DNA from: an uncultured bacterium
Lineage (GTDB): Bacteria > Zixibacteria > MSB-5A5 > CAIYYT01
DNA length: 64,000 nt
Direction: 5' to 3'
Assembly: GCA_963726455.1 (NCBI GenBank)
Contig: CAVSCK010000004.1
Location: forward strand, 1,184,001 to 1,248,000
A model generated the notes under the pieces. The model saw only the letters and a list, made by a program, of their open reading frames with translations. It did no database searches and had not been told where the DNA came from. The stretch's first letter is position 1, and each line of letters opens with the position of its first letter. Made by a program: the position numbers and the translations under genes. Below are positions 1 to 10,522 of this stretch, in pieces.

Positions 1-897
1 GAACGCGGTTTTCGCGTTGACAACAGCCAGTTTATGGATGTCCTCGAACAGCTTTACGCCAACGCCTGGATGGCTCATCCCTATCAGTGGATGATCACCG
101 GCTGGCGCGCTGACCTGGAACATCTCACCCTGAAGCAGTGCCAGGATTATTTCAAGACCAACTACAATCCGGCCAATGCCGTGATGGTAATTGTCGGCGA
201 TGTCAAGACTGCTGATGTGATCAAACTCGTCGACAAGTATTTCGGCGCGATTCCGGGTAATCCCGATATTCCGCGTCCGTTCTATAACGAACCCGATCAG
301 CGGGGCGAACGCCGGGTCGATTTCCACAAGATGTCGCAACTGCCGATCTTCATCGCCGGCTATCACACTCCCGCCGAGGGCGATTCCGATACCTACGCCC
401 TCGACATTCTCGGACGCATCCTTTCCGGTGGCGAATCCAGCCGCCTTTACAAACGCATGATCTATACCGACCAGATCGCGCTCGCTGCCGGTGGTGAAAA
501 CGGTTCTCGCGAGCAGGCCGGACTGTTCTATGCTTACGCTTTCATGCAGCCCAATCGCACTGCCGCCGACGGCGAAAAGGTCATGTACGAAGAAATCGAG
601 AAGATGAAGAACGAGAAGGTCTCCGATCAGGAACTGCAGAAAGCCAAGAACCAGATCGAAGCCGAGTTCTATATGGGTATCCAGTCCAACGAAGATAAGG
701 CCGGCAGTCTGGGGCGCTACGAGACTTTGCGCGGCGACTACAAATTGATGTTCAGGGACATGGACAGATATGCTGCTGTCACTGCCGATGATATTATGCG
801 CGTTGCCCAGAAATATCTCATTCCTAACAATCGCACGGTAATCACCGTCATTCAAGACAACAAACCCTCCGGAACCATGGGGATGAAAGAGGAGTGA
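1..897 (+). CDS. M16B (pitrilysin family) zinc peptidase, 5'-partial
   Basis: Frame is open from base 1 (ERGFRVDN...). Motifs HPY...G, YNPANA..VIVGD and ILSGGESSRLY are typical of M16. The HxxEH motif would lie upstream of the window. Confidence 0.9.
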   Translation, partial: ERGFRVDNSQFMDVLEQLYANAWMAHPYQWMITGWRADLEHLTLKQCQDYFKTNYNPANAVMVIVGDVKTADVIKLVDKYFGAIPGNPDIPRPFYNEPDQRGERRVDFHKMSQLPIFIAGYHTPAEGDSDTYALDILGRILSGGESSRLYKRMIYTDQIALAAGGENGSREQAGLFYAYAFMQPNRTAADGEKVMYEEIEKMKNEKVSDQELQKAKNQIEAEFYMGIQSNEDKAGSLGRYETLRGDYKLMFRDMDRYAAVTADDIMRVAQKYLIPNNRTVITVIQDNKPSGTMGMKEE

Positions 898-2294
898 TGA
901 AAGTGAAAAACAGTAAGATCATTTTGATACTTGGATTACTCTGTGCCTTCGCTTTCGTCGCACAGAATGTCGCTGCCGTTACGTTGGCCTTGCCGCCGAT
1001 GTCGGACAAGTCCTTGCCCAACGGCCTCAAAGTCATCGTGGTTGTGAACGACAAGCAGCCGGTCGTTGCCATGCGTCTGCTGATCAAGTCGGGAACCTGT
1101 CTCGATCCCGCCGACAAAGCGGGTCTTGCCAATCTGACCGCCGGTCTCTTGCGCAAAGGCACGGCGACTCGCGACGCCAACAAGATTTCCGAAGAAATCG
1201 ATTTCATCGGCGGTTCGCTTGGCGCCGGCTCTGATTTGGATGCCACCTACGCTACCTGTCAGGTGCTAACCAAGCATTTTGACACCGGCCTCGGTCTGTT
1301 GTCCGACATCGTGCTGAATCCGTCGTTCGACAGCACCGAAATCGAACGCCTGCGCAAACAGACGCTCGCCGGTTTGATGCAGGCCAAGGACGATCCCAAT
1401 TCATTGGTCGACGAACAATACAAGAAATATTTGTTCGGCGACCACCCCTATGGTAAGCCGGAGAACGGCACGATCGAATCAGTGAGTACTCTCAAACGTG
1501 CGGATATTATCGAATTCTGGAAGAAGTATTACATCCCGAATAATGCCGTTCTGTTTGTCGTCGGCGACGTCAAACCGGCAGAGGTTTTCCCAAAGATCGA
1601 AGCCAAGTTTGGCAGTTGGAAACAGGGAACGCCTCCCGAGATGAATTTCGCGGCCGCCAAGCCCGCGTCCGGCATTAAGGTCATTCTCATTAACAAACCC
1701 GATGCCACGCAATCCAGCATCAAGATCGGCAATCTCGGCACTTTCCGACAGGATCCCGACATCTTCAGTTGCCGTGTGATGAACTATATCCTCGGTGGCG
1801 GCGGTTTTGTGTCGCGCCTGATGATCGACATCCGCCAGAGGCGCGGCCTCACATACGATATCAATTCGAGCTTCAGCTACCTGCGCTTCCCCGGCGATTT
1901 CACTGTGACTACGTTTACTCGCAACGATTCGACCGCCCGCGCAATCTCAGGCATCCTTGACGAACTCGACAAGATGCGTAACACCGATGTCGCTCCGCAG
2001 GAGTTGCAGGAAACCGTTTCCTTCTACAACGGCCTTTTCCCGCGCCAATTCGAAACGCTGGACCAGGTATCGAACCAGTTGTCGACAGTCGAATTGTACG
2101 GCCTCGGCAAAGACTATCTGCCGAACTACCTCGACAAGATCGCTGCCGTTACCCCGCAGAGCATTCGTGCGGCGGCACAGAAATATGTGGACCCGAAGAA
2201 TCTTCTGATTGTCGTAGTCAGCAAGGCCGCCGATGTTCGCGAAAGTCTCAAACAATTCGGCCCTGTCACGGAGATCGAAATATCGGATTTATAG
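894..2294 (+). CDS. M16B peptidase partner subunit (non-catalytic), signal peptide
   Basis: LPNGLKV and ILGGGGF.SRL...R..RGLTY motifs. HxxEH is replaced by NLTAG. Overlaps the stop codon of the upstream M16 gene. Confidence 0.9.
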   Translation: MMKVKNSKIILILGLLCAFAFVAQNVAAVTLALPPMSDKSLPNGLKVIVVVNDKQPVVAMRLLIKSGTCLDPADKAGLANLTAGLLRKGTATRDANKISEEIDFIGGSLGAGSDLDATYATCQVLTKHFDTGLGLLSDIVLNPSFDSTEIERLRKQTLAGLMQAKDDPNSLVDEQYKKYLFGDHPYGKPENGTIESVSTLKRADIIEFWKKYYIPNNAVLFVVGDVKPAEVFPKIEAKFGSWKQGTPPEMNFAAAKPASGIKVILINKPDATQSSIKIGNLGTFRQDPDIFSCRVMNYILGGGGFVSRLMIDIRQRRGLTYDINSSFSYLRFPGDFTVTTFTRNDSTARAISGILDELDKMRNTDVAPQELQETVSFYNGLFPRQFETLDQVSNQLSTVELYGLGKDYLPNYLDKIAAVTPQSIRAAAQKYVDPKNLLIVVVSKAADVRESLKQFGPVTEIEISDL

Positions 2295-2328
2295 ACGCGC
2301 GCGACATCTAGCTAAGCATCACACGTCT

Positions 2329-2437
2329 GCGCCACCAGATGCGCGATAAACAAAGCGCCATCAGATGCGTGATAAACAAAGCGCCGCCACAGGCGCATAG
2401 AACAGAGCGCCGTCAGGAATCCTTTCCTGACGGCGTG
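2329..2437. repeat. 26-bp tandem repeat (3 units) running into a REP-like palindrome
   Basis: GCGCC-initiated units at 2329, 2355, 2381 and 2407. The last continues as the hairpin GCGCCGTCAGGAA-tcct-TTCCTGACGGCGT. Confidence 0.85.
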
Positions 2438-2461
2438 TTTCTTTGCCCGCATTATCTGCCT

Positions 2462-3754
2462 CTACCCTATCCTCCTCACCCGCATCCTCTCGATCCGCGG
2501 TCCATCCATCGACAAAATCTCAAACTGCAAATTGTCGATTATGATCTTCTCGCCGAGCCGTGGAAACTTGCCGAGACGATCAAGCACGTATCCGCCGATC
2601 GTGTCAGCCGATCCCTCTTCGTCCAATTGTACGTCAAATTGCTTATTGAAATTCTCTATCGGAAATTGCGCCTGCACCAGGCACAGGCGATTGCCGAGCA
2701 ATACGAACGGCTCCAATTCCGTGTCATGCTCATCGCGAATTTCCCCGACGATTTCTTCGAGAATATCTTCCAGCGTGATCAATCCGGCCGTGCCGCCAAA
2801 TTCATCCAGCACGATGGCCATGTGGTCGTGGCTCTTCTGGAAATCATGCAACTGTTCGTGAATCATTTTCGAGTCTGGCACGAAACTGACGGGCCGGATG
2901 ATGTCGTGAAGAATTATCAGTTCCCCATGGACAAGCAAATTTGTGACGTCTTTGGTGTGCACCACGCCTTTGATGTGATCGAGCGATTCCTCATAGACCG
3001 GATAACGCGAATACCCCTCTTCGGTCATCTTCCTCAGAATTTCGTCCTGCGTTTCGTCCAGATCAACGCCGCAGATGCCCGTTCGTGGCGTCATCGCCTG
3101 CCGCACCGTAGTATCGGCGAATTCGAATACTCCCTCGATCAGGTCGCGCTCTGCCTTTTCGAAATGCCCTTTGCGATGCCCTTCGGCCAGAATCAAATTG
3201 ATCTCCTCCGCCGATACCGCCGATTCAGTATTCTTCTCCACCAATCCGAACGGAAACAGAATCGCTCGCGCCGACACGCTCAGGATCTTGGCGGGAATCA
3301 TCGCAATCACCGCAAACACATTCAGCACCGGCGCACTGGACAGCGCAATCTTTGCCGGCGAATTATAGGCCAGATATTTCGGCACCAGTTCGCCCAGTAC
3401 CAGCAGCAGAAATGAAACCGCTATCACTACGATCGTCACCGCCACCCGCTGTGCGGCATGAGCAGCAAGCCCCTGATTTTCCAAATAGGGAACAATCACC
3501 GGCACCACGGCGTTACCTGCCAGCACCGAGGCCGTCGTTCCTGCCAGCGTAATTCCCACCTGGATCGTCGCCAGAAAGCGGTCCGGCTGCTCCAGCAATT
3601 CCCCCAACTGCTTGGCGCGCTTGCTCCCCTTGGCGATCAGGTGCTTCAAATGGCTCCTGCGCGTGCTGAGTACGGCAATCTCGGCGCCCGCAAAAAACCC
3701 GTTGATCAGGATCAACAACACGATCGCGATTATCTCGATTTCACCTTGATGCAT
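2462..3754 (-). CDS. Hemolysin-family CNNM/CBS/CorC protein
   Basis: NGFFAGAEIA, GELVPK, MTPR, SRYPV and DEFGGTAGLITLEDILEEIVGEI motifs. Confidence 0.95.
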   Translation of the reverse strand: MHQGEIEIIAIVLLILINGFFAGAEIAVLSTRRSHLKHLIAKGSKRAKQLGELLEQPDRFLATIQVGITLAGTTASVLAGNAVVPVIVPYLENQGLAAHAAQRVAVTIVVIAVSFLLLVLGELVPKYLAYNSPAKIALSSAPVLNVFAVIAMIPAKILSVSARAILFPFGLVEKNTESAVSAEEINLILAEGHRKGHFEKAERDLIEGVFEFADTTVRQAMTPRTGICGVDLDETQDEILRKMTEEGYSRYPVYEESLDHIKGVVHTKDVTNLLVHGELIILHDIIRPVSFVPDSKMIHEQLHDFQKSHDHMAIVLDEFGGTAGLITLEDILEEIVGEIRDEHDTELEPFVLLGNRLCLVQAQFPIENFNKQFDVQLDEEGSADTIGGYVLDRLGKFPRLGEKIIIDNLQFEILSMDGPRIERMRVRRIG

Positions 3755-3927
3755 AGTGCCAAAATATACGACAATTTCTCTTCAAAGCACAAGCGGGTCA
3801 AACGGCTGGGCACCAAATTAACTTCATGTCTGCTAACTTCATACGCGAACTACATTTTGGCTGCTCGAATACCGATAACTAAATGTGGAGATTTGTGCCA
3901 GCTGCCATTCAACACGGTGCCTAACAA

Positions 3928-4551
3928 ATGAGCGATTTTATACCGGCCGGCCGCTTGTCGGCTATCCCTCATGGGGATCAGAAGATCGAGATTCAAACGG
4001 AGTTCTCCAAGTACCCCGAACCCCGTATCGCTACATCAGTTAGCATCGGTGGCAGAACCATCCACAAAATTCAAAAACTCTGGGGCAAAACCATCGATTC
4101 GGCGGAGGAAATGCATCAGGTCGAGGAGATCATCAATAGCCAGCATGATGAGGTTACCGCCCTGGTTCACGAACACGCCGGTGTCTTGGTGAAACGCAGC
4201 GAGACCGACCTCGCACTGAGTGTAGCCCAAACTGCAATCGAACGGGCCGAATCGATTCCCGAAATTGATGCCGCTTACATTATCCAACCCGATGGCAAGA
4301 TCCAGTCACGCGGCAAAGTGAGTCGTGAGGCCGAAATGTTGGCGCTGATGATTCAGAGTCTGGCGGATGTCCTGTTCAATATCGCCCGTGTCGGAAACAT
4401 CGGCAATTATGAAGACTGCGTGCTGAACCTCGGCGCGCATGATGTGCTCTTCCTTCCGTTTCGCGGTGGCTATCTGGTAGCGTTGACCGACGCCAAGGTC
4501 CGCAAGCGGGAAATCTTCAACGAGCTCTGGAAGATCGCGAGGGCCGCATGA
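3928..4551 (+). CDS. Hypothetical protein with C-terminal roadblock/LC7-like domain
   Basis: The C-terminal pattern (IPEIDAAYIIQPDGKI...helix...beta hairpins...NELWK) resembles roadblock/MglB. Confidence 0.6.
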   Translation: MSDFIPAGRLSAIPHGDQKIEIQTEFSKYPEPRIATSVSIGGRTIHKIQKLWGKTIDSAEEMHQVEEIINSQHDEVTALVHEHAGVLVKRSETDLALSVAQTAIERAESIPEIDAAYIIQPDGKIQSRGKVSREAEMLALMIQSLADVLFNIARVGNIGNYEDCVLNLGAHDVLFLPFRGGYLVALTDAKVRKREIFNELWKIARAA

Positions 4552-5285
4552 ACAAGATTCTTGAGGCCATTCGCGGCGTTGTCGGCGTATCTGGTGTCAT
4601 CCTCTGGGAAAAGCGCACTCAGAATTTTCACAAATTGTTGCCGGCACGTTTCGAGTCCGCAACAATCGATGAACTCTGTGCACTGCTCACTCGCTATTGC
4701 GAAATTCGCGACAAATCCTTTAAGACAATCGCGCGCTTCACCGGCGGTTGGATTTTGCTCCACAATCATCCTGCCTTCGGGCTGATGGTGCTGAGCAAGA
4801 CTGATCTCAATACCACGACACTGAATCTGGTCAGCAAATCCGCAATCTCCTCGCTGGAATCCAGGTTCAGTCAACCGGTCACTTCTGATGCGCTTCCCGA
4901 CGGCTTTCAGCAAATTCACGCAGCGGCCCTGGCGCGCGCAATCAACCTGTCAGCCGGATTCTTCTACACCCATCTCTCCCGTTTTGACATTGCCGAACTG
5001 CTTCGCGAAACCAAGGACGAGCTGATTGCCGAACATCCCGCGCTCAAACATTTCTCCGTTGATGCCAACGGCGGCGTCATTGTAATCAAAGGTGCCGAAA
5101 AACAGATGGACATCAGCGCTGCTGCCGCTGCCGCGCGGCTGATCGCTCGTTTCGTTGAGTACGCCTGCGAACGCTGCGATGCCGAAGGATTCAATATTGA
5201 GAGATTGACTGCCCCGCTGAATCCCACGCTCTCGCAACTTGGATTCTACCAGTTCTTTTCGAAATCCCGCAATCCCGCTCTCTGA
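4548..5285 (+). CDS. Hypothetical protein with N-terminal roadblock-like domain
   Basis: ATGA overlap with the upstream gene. MNKILEAIRGVVGVSGVILW...LMVLSKTDLN..LNL is roadblock-like. Confidence 0.55.
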   Translation: MNKILEAIRGVVGVSGVILWEKRTQNFHKLLPARFESATIDELCALLTRYCEIRDKSFKTIARFTGGWILLHNHPAFGLMVLSKTDLNTTTLNLVSKSAISSLESRFSQPVTSDALPDGFQQIHAAALARAINLSAGFFYTHLSRFDIAELLRETKDELIAEHPALKHFSVDANGGVIVIKGAEKQMDISAAAAAARLIARFVEYACERCDAEGFNIERLTAPLNPTLSQLGFYQFFSKSRNPAL

Positions 5286-5768
5286 CCCATCTTTTGCGAC
5301 TCAATTGATTGAGAATATTTCTGGCGGGTAGACCTGCCCGATCTACGCTGGAAGATAAAAGGAAAGAGAGGGGTGTGTTATCCACACGGCAATTTGAAAA
5401 AAACTCCTCATTCGATACGGTAAAGGGTTTTTACAGCCACCTCGGTTTTTTGCTCCCGCTATTCCGAACCCGAAGGCGCGGAGGTCACGGCAGGACGCGC
5501 AACCATAATAGGGGCGACCTTCATTAATGAGTTGTTAGAGATTTTTCAAATAAACCCCTCTCTAACACTTGCACAAATATACGCTCCAAACGTTACGTTT
5601 CAAACCTAAATTCACCCGTCACGCAATTAACATTGACACGGCACGCCATTTGATTCGCAGTTTGTTTTCGCCAGTCCGCTCCGTGCCATCGCCAATTTTG
5701 ACTTGCTCCCAGTTACTCTTCTTAGTATATGATATCGTCAGACACCGTCGAAAAAATAGGATCGAAAT

Positions 5769-6131
5769 TTGAGCAGAATTTGTGGCACCGGCGTTGACAT
5801 TATCGAAATCCCCCGGATAAAGAACGCCTACGAACGCTGGGGAAATGATTTTCTGGCGAAGATATTTTCTCCCGCGGAAATCGATTACTGTCTGCGCAAA
5901 ATGAATCCCTATCCTTCACTCGCGGCGCGTTTTGCTGCCAAGGAGGCCTGCTTCAAAGCCCTGTCGCAGGCGGGAATTCACATTACTCTATGGCGTGGCA
6001 TATCGGTTGCTCGCGCCGAGGATGGTCGACCGCGACTGATCGTTCCCCAGGCCGAAGGCCTGCATCTGCATCTATCCCTGACCCACGGCAAGGACTACGC
6101 CGTCGCCATGGTCATCGCCGAACGCGACTAA
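5769..6131 (+). CDS. acpS: Holo-[acyl-carrier-protein] synthase
   Basis: GVDIIEI.RI, LAARFAAKEA.FKA, G.P and SLTH motifs. Confidence 0.95.
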   Translation: MSRICGTGVDIIEIPRIKNAYERWGNDFLAKIFSPAEIDYCLRKMNPYPSLAARFAAKEACFKALSQAGIHITLWRGISVARAEDGRPRLIVPQAEGLHLHLSLTHGKDYAVAMVIAERD

Positions 6132-6197
6132 CATCAGTGCCCCGCACGCAAATCAATTGACTAAGTCTCATCTTTCTATGCTTCTGTGAAGTCCTTG

Positions 6198-6529
6198 TTT
6201 CCGTGCCCGGCAGTCGTCCTCGCCTGCCGTATCATCGACTTCCCGGTGCCCCATCCGCTTGCGGTGGGTTCTTCGTTTTTCGTTGTGTCACGTCCTGCGC
6301 ACGACGAAGTCGGGCGTGTGACGTGACACCATCACATTCCGCGCCGTCAGAAATCCATTCACCAGCGCCGTCAGGAACCCCTTCCTGACGGTTGCCATTT
6401 CCGTGCCCGGCAGTCGTCCTCGCCTGCCGTATCATCGACCTCCCGGTGCGCCATCCGCTTGCGGTGGGTTCTTCATTATCCGTTGTGTCACGTCCTGCAC
6501 ACGACGAAGTCGGGCGTGTGACGTGACAC
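6198..6529. repeat. 132-bp direct repeat x2 (6198-6329, 6398-6529), BIME-like mosaic of palindromes
   Basis: 6 mismatches by manual alignment, 200-bp offset. Each copy holds three hairpins, and the spacer holds the same REP-like element as 2407. Confidence 0.95.
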
Positions 6530-6650
6530 ATCTAAACCCTCTCATAAAACCTTTTGCATCTCACCAATACAAATTCGCATATTCGGATTCGTGGGCGTCC
6601 GCGCGGCCGTCCCGCCATTGTTATGAATTATCGCTACACGGAGGTATACA

Positions 6651-7730
<1,080 letters not shown>

Positions 7731-7750
7731 CTATCTAATTCCGATATTCC

Positions 7751-7776
7751 GTAGGGGCGACTCGCCGAGTCGCCCT
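7751..7776. repeat. GTAG-type REP-like palindrome
   Basis: GTAGGGGCGACTCGCCGAGTCGCCCT, just after fbaB. Confidence 0.75.
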
Positions 7777-7784
7777 GTGCTTTC

Positions 7785-9797
7785 ATGTATCACAAGAAAT
7801 CAGTCGAATTTGGTGGTGAGACGAGGAATATTCTGACGCTCCCATTTGTATTGAATGATGTGAAACTCAAATCCGTTGTCACCGTAGCTTGTCTCTGTGC
7901 CGCGTTCGCTTTTGTATTCCTCACATATGAAGACGGCGCAAAGAATCGCAATCTCAGCAAGTCACGGGCTGAAAGCGATCCGCTGGAATGCGCACGATAT
8001 CTGGCTTCAATGCTAGCCACAGCGGACGCTGAGAATTCGATCTTTTCAGACCTGTCCTTGCGAGCAAGTCGCCTGGGCCTCGCAAAAAAGTCCGCCTATC
8101 TTGTTGGCCCAAATCTCCCGAGGGCCACCGACAAGCGTGAAGACTATCGTGATAAGGTTCGGTTGATAGGATGTGACAAGTCGGGAACCTCCGTCGATTC
8201 GGCTGTAGTCACTATCGAGCGTTTATCTGTCGGCAGGAGCAGGGATTGGAGACTCTTGGAGGTTGTTCGGGGAGCTGTTGACGCCGGACTCAATAACAAA
8301 GCGGAGACCATTGTTCCGCTTATGCATTCGAGCGATATACGGGCTAAAGCCTACCTGGCTTTGACAGTCGCTCGGGATTCCTCGATAACGGTCAAGTCTG
8401 AGTCATATGTTGATTCAGCGTACAGCATCAGCAAATTGGCGCAAGCCGATAGCCAATTAGTCATGCTCCTTCCGGAAATTGCTGGAAAATATCTGGATAT
8501 TGGTTGTACGAGCAAGGCACTCGATGTACTTCAAAGGTCAGAATCCACGGCAAACAATCTCAACGAGCCGAGCACTCTGGATATTCTCTCGGAGGTCGCG
8601 GAAATATATTTGCGCGCCAGAAGATTCGACGACGTCCTCAGAGTTGCAGGACAAATGACGAAGTCGTCGAACGGCGACATGCATCTCCAAATGCTCTCAT
8701 TGAAATGTAGTACGAGTGGCGAGTGTGATCTTGCGCGACAGATCGGGGACAGAATCACCAACGAAATCGTCAGAGCATCGGTGCTCGTGAATGCCGGCAA
8801 CTGTTACGCATCGCACAGCTTGAGCTATAGGGCGGTCGAAATCCTGCAAGCGGCCTCGTCGCTAGCTGTTGACACGGGCGACACTGGACAAAGGATCCGC
8901 CTCGTGAACAGAGTAGCTCGGAGCTTCTGCAGGATGGGCAGGAGTGATCTTGCCAGAGATGTTTTGAAAAATGCAGAAGAACTGGCGGCGACCGCGGACG
9001 ACTGGAGGGACGATGACTATACTGGAAGCAGGGAGGGTCATCGAGGAATGGTCGCTCAAGGTTATCTGCTGTGTGGGTTCCTGGCCGATGCCGAGCGAAT
9101 ACTCCGTACCATAGAGGATGCCTGCCTTGTTAACGAATTCATCGGCGAAATATACACCACCCTCGAATGCGAGGGCAAAGACTCAGAAGCTCAAGCCGTC
9201 CGACAACTTGAGCGTGAGAAACCCGCGCCACCGCAGCACAGTTCACAATTATTCGATTGGTATTTTGAAGATTCGCTAAATTCCGCACGAGCCGACGTTC
9301 TACTTGCCTCTGCGCAGACTGGGAAATCTGATACCGAGTCGGCGATCGACTCAATGTATTCCAGTAGATTCAAACCTGAGCTCCTCATTCGATACGCCGA
9401 GTTCTATTCGGTGCGAGGCGACACCGCCCACACTCGAGTTGCTATTACGGATGCGCTTATGCAATGCCACTTCGTCCTTGGCGGTGGCAGCGGCGATACG
9501 TTGGCAAGTAAAGTTGTCACTATCTGTGACAAACTGAACGATACGCTTTGCCCGTTCGATATGCTGTCGTCAGCCGATAGTACCAAGTCTATACCGGACA
9601 TCCTGGCTTTTGCCTCTGTCTACTGCCAACGTGGCGAATGGAACAAGTGCGTTGCCTTCGCTTCTCAAATCGCTAAACGGCAAGATAGGATCGCATTGCT
9701 TACTTCTCTAGCCGGCTGGTATTACATCCTCCAACCTTACTCCGGAGATCAACAAACCGAACTTCTCCGCAAGCTCGTCGCAATGAGTCAACAATGA
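7785..9797 (+). CDS. Hypothetical membrane-anchored TPR-like alpha-solenoid protein
   Basis: 670-aa ORF with an N-terminal hydrophobic segment and helical repeats (L.EVA..Y...G...A). The true start may be the GTG near 7860. Confidence 0.6.
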   Translation: MYHKKSVEFGGETRNILTLPFVLNDVKLKSVVTVACLCAAFAFVFLTYEDGAKNRNLSKSRAESDPLECARYLASMLATADAENSIFSDLSLRASRLGLAKKSAYLVGPNLPRATDKREDYRDKVRLIGCDKSGTSVDSAVVTIERLSVGRSRDWRLLEVVRGAVDAGLNNKAETIVPLMHSSDIRAKAYLALTVARDSSITVKSESYVDSAYSISKLAQADSQLVMLLPEIAGKYLDIGCTSKALDVLQRSESTANNLNEPSTLDILSEVAEIYLRARRFDDVLRVAGQMTKSSNGDMHLQMLSLKCSTSGECDLARQIGDRITNEIVRASVLVNAGNCYASHSLSYRAVEILQAASSLAVDTGDTGQRIRLVNRVARSFCRMGRSDLARDVLKNAEELAATADDWRDDDYTGSREGHRGMVAQGYLLCGFLADAERILRTIEDACLVNEFIGEIYTTLECEGKDSEAQAVRQLEREKPAPPQHSSQLFDWYFEDSLNSARADVLLASAQTGKSDTESAIDSMYSSRFKPELLIRYAEFYSVRGDTAHTRVAITDALMQCHFVLGGGSGDTLASKVVTICDKLNDTLCPFDMLSSADSTKSIPDILAFASVYCQRGEWNKCVAFASQIAKRQDRIALLTSLAGWYYILQPYSGDQQTELLRKLVAMSQQ

Positions 9798-9885
9798 CTG
9801 CGGTAGATCGAACTCGCTGCAGTCCTGACTTCCCGATTGCCTGAATATCTCAACACCTGTATCGTTCAATTCAAAAGGAACTGAC

Positions 9886-10371
9886 ATGCACATCCGCGAA
9901 GAAATCCCCATCAAGTCCTTCACCGTGGCCGCCTACATTTGTCGCATCGAATCTGGCCGCGGCCAATATCTGATCCTCAAACGCTGCACGCCTTATCTCG
10001 ATCAGACATGGCAAATGGTATCCGGAAAGATCGAAAAGGGCGATACCGCCTGGCAAGCCGCACTCCGCGAAATCAAAGAAGAAACCGGATTGATTCCCGA
10101 TCGTCTCTACTCTGTCAACGAAGTTGAACTATTCTACGAGGTCAGCCAGAACTGCATCAACCTCGTGCCGGTGTTTCTCGGATTCATTGATTCGCAGCAG
10201 ACTGTCAGACTCTCGGACGAGCACTGCGAATTCAGATGGGTCACTCCCGATGAAGCACAGCGACTACTGATCTTCGACCGTCATGCTAAGACCATCGCAC
10301 TGATCGAATCCCAATTCGTTCGCCGCCCACCACTTGACTTCCTGAGAATTCCAGCCGTGTACCCCAGTTGA
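9886..10371 (+). CDS. NUDIX hydrolase (NudB-like)
   Basis: Nudix box GKIEKGDTAWQAALREIKEETGL and LSDEH. Confidence 0.92.
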   Translation: MHIREEIPIKSFTVAAYICRIESGRGQYLILKRCTPYLDQTWQMVSGKIEKGDTAWQAALREIKEETGLIPDRLYSVNEVELFYEVSQNCINLVPVFLGFIDSQQTVRLSDEHCEFRWVTPDEAQRLLIFDRHAKTIALIESQFVRRPPLDFLRIPAVYPS

Positions 10372-10461
10372 AGCCTTGCGACAGGTGGGTTCTTCCATTG
10401 TCCTTCCCACTTGATCTCGCGAGGCGCTCCATGAAATACACCACCAAACACTAAAAAACAC

Positions 10462-10490
10462 TTGCAAACAGTAAAATAACCGCCTATATT
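10462..10490 (+). promoter_or_regulatory. sigma70-like promoter
   Basis: TTGCAA-N17-TATATT upstream of the 10523 gene. Confidence 0.5.
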
Positions 10491-10522
10491 GCACCGTAGA
10501 ATTCTTTGATCTGGAGGAGATC

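Noticed and set aside
2329-2437. Mini-CRISPR
   Set aside because: Units are directly tandem with no spacers.
2339-3415. 358-aa plus-strand ORF, and similar long antisense ORFs such as 28179-29291 and 24476-25330
   Set aside because: Shadows of well-supported genes on the opposite strand, with no recognisable motifs.
3851-3878. sigma28-like promoters (ACCGATAA at 3871, ACCGATAG at 50513, GCCGATAA at 16470)
   Set aside because: The -35 elements are poor, so chance matches cannot be excluded.
5378-5386. oriC
   Set aside because: Only one clear DnaA box and no dnaA, dnaN or gidA context.
6198-6529. CRISPR array
   Set aside because: Only two long copies, no unique spacers between short repeats, and no cas genes.
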